Assembly (NCBI GenBank): GCA_964106645.2
Contig: OZ067050.1
Strand: one strand, 5' to 3'
DNA: 64,000 nt
Source: Podarcis pityusensis
Lineage: Eukaryota
In this document: positions 23,873-36,792 of the stretch, piece by piece
How positions within the stretch are numbered: the stretch's first letter is position 1
How the letters are laid out: each line of letters starts with the position of its first letter
Translations under genes and position numbers: made by a program
Notes under the pieces: generated by a model
Databases searched by the model: none
Told to the model about the DNA's origin: nothing
Seen by the model: only the letters and a program-made list of their open reading frames with translations

Positions 23873-24918
23873 CAGCCTAGAAGCCAAGGTGATCCAAAGA
23901 AGCTGAGGACTGAGGAGAGGTGACAGGAGGTAATTCATCACACACAGCATAGTTAAACTATGGAATTTTATACAAGATGTTGAGATGACCACCTCTGTCC
24001 TGTTCTCATAATCTTCAAGCAGGACCTGAGTGCCACAGGGTTCTCCCCACCTAAGATTCCCAGCAACAAGTACACACAAGAATAATGATTTTGTCTTGCT
24101 GCCTTATCCTGGATGTACGTATCTTTTATTTTTTCTTAGGAACGCCTAAGTCTTCAAGCTGACTTGATTCAGCAAAAGCGATCTCCTCAATCATCCTACA
24201 CTTCCATCACGAAACCATTAGTTTCCATTTCCCAAGTGTTCCAAAGCCGGTTTGGTTAAGCAGATTCTTTAAATATGTTTCATTCACTGGATCCTTGACA
24301 ATTTGAGAGCAAAAAGCTTCAGGAAATCAAAGCAGCGCCTTGTGAGTTTAGCCTTAAAACGCGGTGCTTAAAGAAATAATGAGAATATCAAACTTCCGCG
24401 TCAGAAAAGCAGACAGCTGAGACAGCTGAGACAATTTCGCAGGGCTAATACAAACTGCATAGTTCTCTCTCTGCACCACCCAGGGTGAGGAAATCGCAAC
24501 GCGAGGGAACCATCCTTGAAAAGCGGTTTGCACACCCCTCTGCCACAAAAGAGTGTTGCAAGTGCGAGTGTGGAAAAAAAGTGGGTAGGGACCCAAAGAA
24601 ATATGTTTATAATGATGGGCTTTGAAAACACACAGAGAAAGACGGCAGGTGGGATGGGAGGAATTACTCAACCTTGCTGAAAAGATGGTGCTGATGATGA
24701 ATGTTTCGACCAGGTGATATCCACCCATTCGCCATCTTGGGAGTGGGGTGGGAGAAGACTCACAAATGGCCCAGGGGGCAAATGAACAAGATGGAAGACC
24801 GGGCCAAGTTATTAATATCCATCAGTCATGAAGGCTTGAAATGATAAATCTTCCAAACAAACAATGCAGCGATGAAATGACGTTCCAACGAAGGAACACA
24901 CCCTTAACAAAGTCGGCA

Positions 24919-24925
24919 TATAAAA
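24919..24925 (+). promoter_or_regulatory. TATA box of keratin gene B
   Basis: TATAAAA 99 bp upstream of the ATG at 25018. Confidence 0.8.
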
Positions 24926-25017
24926 CCTTGATGCTCTTCTGACTGCTCAAGAAAACTCCCCTTGGGTGAATCTTCTGCTTTTCTCCCCGCAAGCTTGCTT
25001 AAAACTTCCTTGAGATC

Positions 25018-28000
25018 ATGTCTTACTTTAGCCGGGGAGCTAGGCAGGTTTCCTCCTCTCGCTGCGGTGGGGCGTCTATAAAGCTTTCTGGCTGCGGAGC
25101 TCATGCCTTGGGCGGAGGGTCCTTCAGCGCAGGGAGTTTTGGTGGTGAGGCAGCCTGGGGCACGAGGTCAGGATGGGGCAGCCTGGGAGGTGGGGCTGGG
25201 GGCTACTTCCAGAGCTACAGCTGTGGTGGCGCTGCCGGCAGCGATGGTGGGCTTCTCTCGGGAGGGGAGAAAGAAACCATGCAGAACCTGAACGACCGCT
25301 TGGCCTCCTACCTATCCAAGGTGCGGGCTCTGGAGGAGGCCAACAGCGACCTGGAGCTCAAAATCAAAACCTGGCATGAGAAATCGGCGTCGCACGCCGA
25401 CGGAGGCCTCCGCGACTACAGCAAATACCACACCACTATTGAGGACCTTCGAAATAAGGTGAGCAAGACTTGGGAAGGGAAGGGAGATTTTGGAGGAGTG
25501 AGGCTGGCTAAAGATGGAAGAGAGGTAAAGGTAAAGGGACCCCTGACCATTAGGTCCAGTCGTGACCGACTCTGGGGTTGAGGCGCTCTTCTCGCTTTAT
25601 TGGCCGAGGGAGCTTCCGGGTCATGTGGCCAGCATGACTAAGCCACTTCTGGCAAACCAGAGCAGCGCACGGAAACGCCATTTACCTTCCCACCGGAGCG
25701 GTACCTATTTATCTACTTGCACTTTGACGTGCTTTCGAACTGCTAGGTTGGCAGGAGCAGGGACCGAGCAATGGGAGCTCACCCCGTCGCGGGGATTCGA
25801 ACCGCCGACCTTCTGATCAGCAAGTCCTAGGCTCTGTGGTTTAACCCACAGCGCCACAGAGGTGGGCAAATCTGTCTCTTTCAGCTTCTCTCAGTTTCTT
25901 ATTTCCCCAGTCTTAAATTCACCAGTGAATTTCACCTGAGAGGCACATTCTTCTGTAATTTTACTTAATGTATATTCATGATGCATATGCTAGGATAAAG
26001 TGTGCGCAAAAATGCATATGTTAATGAAAATAATGGGGGGGGGGAAATATGTTTTCTATCAAGGGAAATTAAACATATGCAATTTTATGCACACTTTACA
26101 CCAGTATATTTGATGAAGTGTGGTTGTCAAAGGGTGTCTGCGTTTTAGTTCGCTTGTTGTTTCCGAAAATGCAAATTTGCAGGTTCGCCTTTAAATGTGA
26201 ACTGAATCTCAATCAAGCTTGCCATAATTTTGTGATTATGCAAGTCGGTCCTACTAAAGCTACTACTGCCTGGCTGTGAGATTTATGAAGGGGGAGGGTA
26301 TTCTCTTATAGATCAACAGGCTACTTTTGCTTTTTATGGCTTCTCTCCACTCACAGCAGACCCATTGGACTGAATGGACCCAAGGATGGGAGCCAGTGTA
26401 AATTAAGCTGGTTTACGTTAAGCAGCTGTTAATGTCCGTCAGATCCAAGCTCCATTCAGGAGTGGCCTGTGCTGGCTGAGCTGCCCTAAACTTGGCAGGT
26501 AAAGCAGCTCAGCTAATAGAGCATGAGGACTCTTAGTCTCATGGTTGTGGGTTCAAGCCCCATGCTGAGCAAAAAGATTCGACCCTCGTGGTTTATCCCA
26601 ACTCTACAGTTCTATGACTCAATGAAAGCAAGCCCTTAGAAGAGAGTTGGATTTATATCCCCGTTTGCCAGGTTAATGTAGGCCAGGTTCTCAGGTCACG
26701 TGACTATGCTTAGGATCCAGCCTAAGTCCCCCTCCTGTCTCACCCTCACCTCAACCCCAGAATGTCATTTGTTCAGGGTTTAGGCCAGCTGAAGGACTAC
26801 TGGGCTCAGCTCAGGCAGCTGGGTCCTGGCCAAACTGGGATGTGGGAGATACAGAGGCCATATCTATGGCTCAGCCAGGATCAGGTAGTTAAACCAACAT
26901 AGCCTGGCCAGGTGATTGAGAGCCAGTGTGGTGTAATGGTTAGAATGCTAGACTAGGACTTGGGAAACCAGGGTTCAAATCCCCACTCAGCCATGAAGCT
27001 CACTGGGTGACTTAACTTAACCTACCTCACAGGGCTATTGTGCGGATCAAATGGGGAGGAGGCGAAGTCTGTTAACCAGCTTAAGCTTCCTAGAGGAAAG
27101 GTGGGATGGGAATGTAATAAATAAAACAAATTCAGCTTTAGGATTGTGCCCTTGATCATGTCAATTCAGAGTAAAACTCAGCCCAATGCCCCCTCATGTG
27201 TTTTAATGATGCATTTACTCTTATTTTTAATCTTTACGTTTGTTTTAGAATTTTTCTACTCACTTTGAGCGATTTTGTTGGAGGGAGGAAAGAGGGATGT
27301 AATCTTTTTGTGTAAATAATATAAACGATTTGCTTTTTTTACTTCCTTTTTCTATATCCCCCTCCAATGCAGATCATTGCTGCGAGCGTCACAAACGCCA
27401 GCATTATCCTGCAGATAGACAATGCCAGGCTGGCTGCAGATGACTTCAAAATGAAGTAAGTTTGAACCCAATCAGGGTATCTGTGCTATTTTTCTTTTAA
27501 AAAAAAAGAGGTGCTGGAACTCACCATGAACGCCTTCCTTGTTCTCTTATCATGGCAATGGCGCCACCTGAGGGGTGCTGAAACTGAGATCCAGAGAGTT
27601 CCGGCTTTTTTTCTGGGGGGACGCAGGGGCACGCATACCCCTAAACATTTTCTGAATCTAATGGGAGAAGAAACTAAAAATATTTTTTAAATTACCGTAT
27701 TTTTCGCTCTATAAGACACACCAGACCACAAGACGCACCTAGTTTTTGGAGGAGGAAAACAAGAAAAAAAATATTCTGAATCTCAGAAGCCAGAACAGCA
27801 AGAGGGATCGCTGCGCAGTGAAAGCAGCAATCCCTCTTGCTGTTCTGGCTTCTGTGATAGCTGCGCAGCCTGCATTCGCTCCATAAGACCCACACACATT
27901 TCCCCTTACTTTTTAGGAGGGAAAAAGTGAGTCTTATAGAGCAAAAAATATGGTAGTTCCTTCTCTATCACGGTGAATCATCAGTTCCGTTGCTACCCCC

Positions 28001-31000
28001 AATGGTGGCCTCATTTCCTGTCATGGTGTTTCCTGAGTCTCAGACAGAATGAGAGTACCCCTAAACATTTTTTAAGAAAAAAAGCACTGGTTCCAGCTTG
28101 GGGGGAGACTGTATATACCTAATTTTACTTGTAAATATGACCAAAACAAACAGCCTGATAAGCAGAGTCTCAGGCTTCTCAACACAATGACAATCAAATA
28201 ACTAGCCAAGCCAATGCAATAGCCAAAGTTAAGTACTTGAGCAAGCTAAGCACTTTAAGAAATAATAATAATTCCTCTTCAAAGATATGAAAACGAGGTG
28301 TTCCTCCGCCAGAGCGTTGAGGCAGACATCAATGGTCTGCGCAAAGTCCTTGATGAACTGACTCTGTCCAGGAGCGACCTAGAAATGCAGATTGAGACCC
28401 TGACTGAAGAGCTGGCCTACCTCAAGAAGAACCATGAAGAGGTAAGGCAGCCATCTTGCTCAAGCAACTGACAGCATAACTCTAGGTGTTGTTAGGTGGT
28501 TCCTGAGCTCCAGGACTTTTGCACTGAGCCCCAGGTGTCCTGTTCCATCCTGTTCCCTTTTTCGTGAACTTGTTTTGTTTTGAACTTTGCTAAGTTAAAG
28601 GTCAGCCGGGCACACCTCAAAGCACAGGAAGATCCCAGCAGTCCACTAATCTTAAGTTGCCCAAAGGCATCCATGTATACAGTTTGCATATGCTGATCTA
28701 CGCAAATTTGTTTCCTGCCCCAGTGCCCCAAATCCTCTCCGTATTTAGCAACTCCCCTAGTACAACTTGATTAGTTAGCAATCCAAAATGGTTGGATTTA
28801 GGGAATGTTCAGTGCTGATAACAGTAATGATAACAAGAGGTGCTTCACTGAGCAAAAGCTCAGCAGCTTACAGGAGGTGTGAGAAAGCATAAGGCTAGCA
28901 AAACTCGTTTCTGAAGGGTGATCAAATTCCTCAGATTTGGGACACAAGTTCCATACCCCTGGGTTACAGGTTCTCCACTGCATTAACCAGAATGAGGCAG
29001 CCCCCTCAAGCAGCAGAGGATCAGGTGGGATGGCAGCCCCCAACCTATTCCTTTTGAGCCCACCCCCTGCCCCCTACTATTCCTACCCCTCTGAGCTGGT
29101 GCTTTTCTGGCAGTGATTCCTTCTCCCTGCTGGCTTTCACTGCCTGCCTGTATGCCTGTATTCACTTACTCCCAGGGATGGGGAAAGTTTACGGGAACCC
29201 GAATGCCAAGCTTATCTTGATTGATGGATTGATTGCATTTATATCCCGCCTTCTTTCTTCCAAGGAGATCAAGGTTGTGTACATGGTTCTCCTCCTCCTC
29301 ATTTAATCCCTGCAACAAGCCTGGGGAGTAGTAGGTTAGGCAGAGAGGCAGCGACTGGCCAATGAATATTCATGTTTCTAGGGATGCAGAAATGCTGCAT
29401 GTGTAAATGAAGTCAACGTGTTGCCACTGTGAATATGCAGAAAATGACTAATCAGTGTGGATATGTATTACAACCAGGATCAAGAGATTGTGCCTCTGAT
29501 TACTGGTTGGTAGGGAGTACCGTATTTTTTGCTCTATAAGGTGCACCAGACCACAAGATGCACCTAGTTTTTGGAGGAGGAAAACAATAAAAAAAAAATA
29601 TTCTGAATCTCAGAAGCCAGAACAGCAAGAGGGATCGCTGCGCAGTGAAAGCAGCAATCCCTCTTGCTGTTCTGGCTTCTGTGATAGCTGCGCAGCCTGC
29701 ATTTGCTCCACAAGACGCACACACATTTCCCCTTACTTTTTAGGAAGGAAAAAGTGAGTCGTATAGAGCAAAAAATACGGTAGATATGAGAGAAGGGAAA
29801 TGCACAAGTTCTGCTTGTGGGCTTTCCATGGACAGGCTGGGACTCTGATCCAGTGCAATTCTTATGTTCACAAATGTACCAACTGAGTTATGGTCCTGAG
29901 GCGTTTTGTTTCTTTGTCCCTTTCTCTTTCCTTCTTCCCTTTCTTTCTTCATGTAGGAAATGAAAAGTTTGCAAGGCACGACCTCCGGGAACGTCAACGT
30001 TGAAATGAACGCTGCCCCAGGAATTGACCTAACTACCCTCTTGAACAAGATGAGGGCAGAGTATGAGGCTCTGGCAGAGCAGAATCGCAAGGATGCTGAA
30101 ACCTGGTTCGCCGAAAAGGTAAACGAAAATGCAGGGATGTGTCTAAAAACCAGCAATCTACCAGCAAATCTGTTTTTTAAAAAAAGAAATGAAATGAAAT
30201 GACATTTGCCAGTCCAATCGTCTCATTTCCTTGATTGTGAAACAGCTTACACATGCACATTAAAATAAGACAGCAGATTACCACTGCTCAGTGGTTCCAG
30301 GGATAACAGAACAAGAGACTTCTGCAGGTTTCGCAAGTGTGTGTCTCTCCATGGTTCCCTGACTGCTCATTCCCCCCATTGCCCTTTAAACGCAGCATTT
30401 GTCCTTCCCTGTAAAACTCCAAATTCTGCAGAAGAAACCTGGAGAAGTTGAAGGGTGTATAAGATGCACTGAACATGTACAGAGTGCCCTACTCTTATGC
30501 TTTCTGTTACTGGGGTCCGTTATACCCGGAGCTCTCATTTTACAAATGGCGGGGTAGAGCTGCTAAGTTTCTGGAAAACAAAATCAATTGCTCCAACCAC
30601 ATTTCTGTCATTTGAATACTATACCGCTCAAATGCTGTTATTGAATTATTGCAGAGTAAGGAACTGAACATGATGATCAACGTGAGTGCCAAGGAGACCA
30701 GCACCAACAAGAATGAGATCACAGATTTGAAACGCACCCTTCAGGCTTTGGAGATAGACCTGACATCTCAACTTGCTTTGGTATGGGGAAGAGATCTCTG
30801 CCAGATAACATAATCGTGTTTGAATGATTAAGACAAACATCTCCCTGAAATATACACCTCCCTCTTACAAGGCTGGTTCAGGAACAAAGCTAAGTCACAT
30901 TAAGCATTATGAGAATGAGCTTAGCTCTCCACCCCAAAAAAACCCTTGTGTCCTTTGAAGCTTTCACTCCTATTTCATTCAAACCTAGACCTTTATGCAA

Positions 31001-34000
31001 TCTTCATTGTGGTTAATGAAAACAAGTCAACTTCAAAGAATAGTTCATGAAACTGGCTTGTTTTCACTAACTGTAGTTAAGATTGACCGCTGTTTAGGGT
31101 TCAGATGATACACACAACCCCTGAACCCTCTTCATAATTTGTTTACATACACAAGTAGTGAAAAGGGCTTAAGTTGGTTAGAAGTTATCAAGAGTCCCTG
31201 GAAATAACAGTCATTCTTTATTTGCCTCTCTTTTCATTACAAGCTGCTAGCTATGACAATAAGCAATTGGGTTGTCTCATTCTGCAGCAGCTTGCTTTCT
31301 CTGAATGGCAAATAATCTTAGCGATCTCTCCATTTTAGTCATGTTGTACCAAGAATGGCAAGACCTGAATGCCATCTCACTGGTTACAGGGATTCCTATA
31401 AGTGCAGTGCTGAAAATTTATCCTCCATCCTCTGTCAGTTAATGAGAAAAGAAATTGGAACCAAAACTCAATAGATTTGTGAATGAAGTCAGGGAGTTTG
31501 ATCTCCTTACCTTACTTTTGAAGTGGCTGAAAGATGCTTGTGAATAGTTTTTATTTCATTCTACAAATCGTCTCACCAGTGGTCTGCACCCTGCAGCCTC
31601 CCCAGGTGCCCGGACTTCCATTAAAGTTTAATAGGAACTCCTCCAATGGGGCTTTGTCAGTTGAGGAAGTATGGGTAGCCAGGGAGGCTGCAAATCATTA
31701 GAGAAATGTTTGAACGATGTTTATGTGGGGGAAACGGCATACACCTCACAACGAGAAGGTAAGCTCAAGACTGAAATTTTAAAGAAATTCCCAAGCACAT
31801 GAGGAATTAAAGCAGAAGCCTCTTTTGCAGAAGAACAAAACTCACGAGATGCGTTTGGAGGAAAGATTTCAGCACAGCACGAACTCCTATAGATTATTTA
31901 TTTAGTGGATTTGATTTTGAGCCTCCTCCTTTCCAAGGGCTCAGGACAGGTGGCAACGTGTTAGAAACAAAGGCCTTTTGAGCACAGCAGCCAAAATACA
32001 AAGAACCACACAGGTAGCTTTGTGCAATTTGCAGGTTTGGGCTTGAGTTATTCACAAAAGGGTCAGCCTACACGTTAAATCGTTTGTACTTAAAAAAACA
32101 ACACCAAAAACCTGACCAATTTTTTTATTCTGAAGAAGCCACAGGGTCCCAATTTAAAACTTGTTCCTGTGCCAGATGCGGCCCTGTGCCACTTTATTGC
32201 TGAAACTCACAGGAACATAGGAAACTGCCTTAAATTGAGTCAGAACATTGGTCCAACTTGCTCAGAATTGTCTACACAGCTCCCTTTCAGACAAGAGTTT
32301 CGGCCAGCCCTACCTAGAAATGGCAGGGATCGACACTGAGCCTCTCCACGGGTAAAGCATGAGCTCTGCCCCTTCCCCTACTGCAAGGAACACCTTGGGG
32401 GACAAATAACTGTGGCAGGGGGACTGGTCTAGGGTCCCCAATGCAGACTGCGAGTCCATTCCAGATTGGCAGCCCTTGCCTGCCTTTTCTTAGCTATGTA
32501 ACTTGCTCTCAGCAGCCCATCGTGCCACAAAACAAAGCACTTTTGAAGCCGAGTTGTTTCAAATACAGGTTTGCATTTTGGAACAGGATTCTGCTGCACA
32601 AAGAGAAACAGATCAAAATTTTAAAATCCCTTGAGCACACCAAACATAGCACTTTAGAACTGTAACTGAAATCTAGATACTCAAACGATACCATCCCTGG
32701 GTCCGTACAAGCAGAGCTTAAGAGCTTCTTTAAAAAAAAAAAAAAAAAATGTGCATGCAAATCAATGCAAATGCAATATTGCTCTTGCAACTTAGTGGAA
32801 TTGGTACATCTGGTGGATAGATTTCATTAGGTACACAAGTTAAGAATGACTTAGGGACGTGGGCATGTGTCTGAAACAGCCCGGAATTCCTTAGCAGTTG
32901 TCATCCTCCCAGGACACTCTGGGGTCTGGAAGCAACCTTCCAAAATGCTGATGGCCTAAAACATGCCCTATGTGTTACGTTTGTGTTACGGCACCCTTTT
33001 CCCTCTCAGAGGCAATCGCTGGAAGCCACCTTGGCAGAGACAGAAGGCCGCTACTGTGCCCAGATCTCCCAGATGCAAGGGTTGATTGGCAACGTGGAGA
33101 CCCAAGTACAACAAATCAGGGAGGACATGGAATGCCAAAATGCAGACTACAGGCAGCTGCTGGATATCAAGATCCGCCTTGAGAATGAGATTGAGACTTA
33201 CCGGCATCTGATCGATGGAGAAGTAAGGTAGGGAGCAAAAAAAAAGAACCACCAGGCAAGAAAGGGATCGACTTTGCAACCCAGGCTTGCCATAAACCAC
33301 TGACAATAAGGAGCAGGTTACTATCCAAAAAGGTGTAAAATTATCTCCTGTGGGACAAATCGGCTGCACTTCAGATGCTCTTTAAACTGGCATGAATGTG
33401 CAAAGCACATTGAGTAGAATTGCTTTGCAAACAAGGAATGAGGGATCTGTGGCCCACCTCCAGGCAGTGTTGGACTTCAACTCCCATCATCCCCAGCCAG
33501 CACGGACAATGCTCAGGGATGCTGGGAACTGCAGTTTAACAACATTGGCAGGTCCACAGGCTCCCTTGCCCCTGGTGTGTCAAGGCATCAAGCCCCATTA
33601 TAGTTAAACGTACTAGAATCTGGGTGTCAGCCAATGAAACGGAATGGTGGAAGATTTGGGATGGACAGAAGGAAGGACATCTGTGCTAGAAAATAAACTA
33701 TTGCCAGTGGCGATGAGCCACTGGTCTGGCCCAGAACTTGATTCTGGGTCTTCTGTTCTGAATGTGTTGCTTTGTTAAAGACCTTTGTGCTGTATACTCC
33801 CCCCCCCCCAAAAAAGAAGTTTTTATTCACCTACTATCTACTTTTTTTTAAATGTTCTCATTTTGTATTTTTATGTTGTGAACCGCCCTTGTGATCTTTG
33901 GACGCAGTGCGGTATACAAATTGAATAAAATAAATAAGCAAGGGTAACACAAACAAACCTATTGCCTATTGCAGTGCATCTGGACATGGAGGTAGCAAAG

Positions 34001-35691
34001 ATCTGGGGTCAAAAAATGTGGGGTCTGCAACAGCTGCAGGAGTAAGAGGCTCAGAGTCTGCTGCAAGAGGCACTGGGTCTGGCACAGACTCCAGTGGCAG
34101 AGGAACTGCCGGTGGGAACACGCATTCTGCATCCAGAGAAAAAGGTAAGCATCATTTTGGGGGTGTCTTTCTATGTTATTAATAGGTTGGGGACTAAGAC
34201 CAATTTAACATCCCACACTCAGTACATTTTTTTCTCCCCCTTCCATTTCATCAATGCAAAGAATTCTCGGGTTAGAAGCAATTACCGTTATTTTTTGCTC
34301 TATAAGAGTCACTTTTTCCCTCCTAAAAAGTAAGGGGAAATGTGTGTGCATCTTATGGAGTGAATGCAGGCTGCGCAGCTATCCCAGAAGCCAGAACAGC
34401 AAGAGGGATCGCTGCTTTCGCTGCACAGCGATCCCTCTTGTTGTTCTGGCTTCTGAGATTCAGAATATTTTTTTTCTTGTTTTCCTCCTCCAAAAACTAG
34501 GTGCGTCTTGTGGTCTGGTGCGTCTTATAGAGCAAAAAATACGGTATCTATGTACCTCATCTATGAACAGAATTCCGGAGTGCAGGTTACATGGCCCACA
34601 GACAACTGAGACTTATTTTTTCAGAAAGGGCTGGATTGGCTCTGCCAGTGTGTTTGCACCACACTGGCCTCCACTTCCCCTTGCCCCACCCCTTCAAAGC
34701 CGTAGAGATGCTGGTGATGGGAGGTCAGGGAAGTGCCATCCCCCACCCCCACTGCCTGCAACTGTCTGGAAATAACAAAAGCTTCCAGGTGTGCTCATAG
34801 ACTCCTCCTGGGTTGGATGAAGATTTCTCATTTTAATATATTTTCAATATTTCAATAGTTATTACAGCTAAATCATAGATCTAACGTGAACCCACTTGAT
34901 CTACTCTTTCCTAACTAACATGTTAATTGAAATGCACCTGTCTTTCGAAATTTTCACTTCTCTAAATTAGGGGGCAGATGCAGGCCAGCATAACTCTTGC
35001 ATTTGTAATCGCTCAATTAATCGAGTCGAAAAAGACGCTGAATAAGTGCTAAATGTTGCACCAGAAAGGTGCTCAGCCCTCTTGGTTGTGAGTCCTGGAA
35101 GAGCTGCTTCCTGCCTTTGCAGGACTTCTTCCCCCTGGCCTGGGAGGGTGGGGCCCGGACTGACTCCAGCTACAAAAGCTGAGGCTGCTGAACAGACTCT
35201 TGGGCTGGGGAGGTTGCTCAGGGAGTTTTGTTGAAGACAGTTGCTGCTGTTATTGATATTGTTTTTAGATCTTTATTTTATATCTTCTTATTATTCATGT
35301 GGAAATTGTTCAATTTGCTTGTGAATTTATTTTATTTTTAATGACTCCTTTTGCTATGTTGCAATTAAGTAGTTTTTTCAAATTGTAAACTGCCTTGAAC
35401 TTTGAACGACAGAAAGGCAGCATACAAATTAAATGGTGTATATATGCATGCACGCAGGTAAATGCTCAGATGATGGGGCTTTGTCATTCAGGTAGATACC
35501 ATTCTATTAAAAATTCTGTCCCAAAGAACGTTTGGCACGGGCATTTCAGTCACTTGTTCTTTCTTTTGTCTGTTCCGCCTTCAGAATCAAAGAAAACGAG
35601 AGTGATCAAAACCATCATTGAGGAATTAGACGAGCACGGGCGAGTAACTTCCTCCAAGGTTCAGTCTGTTAAAGAAAGCACGGTTATATAA
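25018..35691 (+). CDS. Type I keratin gene B (K10-like; 8 exons, 487 aa)
   Basis: join(25018..25458,27373..27455,28285..28441,29957..30118,30655..30780,33010..33227,33975..34144,35585..35691) = 1464 nt, open frame. [64 protein letters not shown], tail [13 protein letters not shown]...KESTVI*. Confidence 0.95.
25525..25857 (-). mobile_element. Sauria SINE in gene B intron 1
   Basis: Reverse complement of the family sequence; flanking agaggt duplication. Confidence 0.9.
26919..27125 (+). mobile_element. Older Squam3-like SINE with TAAA tail
   Basis: gagagccagtgtggtgtaatggttag head with A/B boxes. Confidence 0.7.
27693..27955 (+). mobile_element. Tc1/mariner-type MITE (TIR CCGTATTTTT.GCTCTATAAGA), copy 1
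   Basis: TA TSD, TIRs, internal 25-bp palindrome; nested in a hAT-like element ending AAAAAAAGCACTG at about 28089. Confidence 0.85.
29518..29782 (+). mobile_element. Same MITE, copy 2
   Basis: Near-identical to copy 1, TA flanks. Confidence 0.85.
34283..34546 (-). mobile_element. Same MITE, copy 3 (inverted)
   Basis: Reverse complement of copies 1 and 2, TA flanks. Confidence 0.85.
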
Positions 35692-35869
35692 ACATCAAGA
35701 TTTTATCCAGAAACACTTTCCTGCTTCTGGAAATGTTGCAGCGCAAGAAGAATAAGTGTCATCTTTCACATTAATGTGCCAACATACTGAGAAGCCAACG
35801 AAAATGTTTCCTTTCCTTAATTAGCAATCTGTTTAGATATTCTCATTGCTCTCCTTAGAATTCTCTTAC

Positions 35870-35875
35870 AATAAA
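35870..35875 (+). terminator. Polyadenylation signal, gene B
   Basis: AATAAA about 180 bp after the stop codon. Confidence 0.75.
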
Positions 35876-36228
35876 AAGGTTCGCTTCTCTAAAGTTAATT
35901 ACAGCTTCTACTCCTGCTGCTACTTTTACTTGATTCTTCTTATATAAAGGTATTTCAAAACGTGATTTTGTGGGATGCAAATATTTTTTTCTCTCTCCCT
36001 GGGAGAAACTCGTCACACTAAGGCAGGATGCAGGTCTGCTGCAACAGCCTCTGTGCCAGGACTTAGGGTTGTGGGTGAGTTTGTCATCAAGCATAATGCC
36101 TCTGCTTACAGCATTGCAAATTTATTGGGTAATCCAGACCCTCAGTGGCACCTGACGGAAGAATATTTAGAGAGGCACAGGCCCTGGCCTCATTACAAAA
36201 GCTCCACTGCCCCCTTCCAGTGCACCAG

Positions 36229-36792
36229 TACAGCCGTACGCTGGAAGTCGAAGGAAATCCATTCTGGAAGTCCGTTCAACTTCCAAAAGTTGGAAGTTGG
36301 TTTTCTGCTGCTCCAGAGAAGCGGACACGGAGCAATGGATCCAAACTACAAGAAAGAAGATTCCACCTAAACATTAGGAAGAACTTCCTGACAGTAAGAG
36401 CTGTTCGACAGTGGAATTTGCTGCCAAGGAGTGCGGTGGAGTCTCCTTCTTTGGAGGTCTTTAAGCAGAGGCTTGACAACCATATGTCAGGAGTGCTCTG
36501 ATGGTGTTTCCTGCTTGGCAGGGGGTTGGACTCGATGGCCCTTGTGGTCTCTTCCAACTCTATGATTCTATGATTCTATGAAAACGTTCGGAAACCAAAG
36601 CACGGCTTCCAATTGGCTGCAAGAACCTCCTGCAGCCAATCGGAAGCCGTGGAAGCCCCGTTGGACATTCGGGTTCCAAAGAACGTTTGCAAACTGGAAC
36701 AATCATAGAATCATAGAATCATCACTTCTGGGTTTGCAGTGTTTGGGAGCCAAACATCCAATTACCAAGGCGCTCAGGATCCAAGGTATTGC
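36229..36792. mobile_element. Tigger-like MITE interrupted by CR1 insertions
   Basis: Homologous to the 9919 and 53581 MITEs on both sides of the CR1 piece. Confidence 0.65.
36301..36580 (+). mobile_element. CR1 LINE 3' end
   Basis: RTRSNGSKLQERRFHLNIRKNFLTVRAVRQWNLLP...FKQRLD; (TATGATTC)n tail. Confidence 0.9.

Noticed and set aside
26501-26617. tRNA-like sequences (also about 4060-4120 and other SINE heads)
   Set aside because: Degenerate SINE heads followed by LINE-derived tails; no intact cloverleaf
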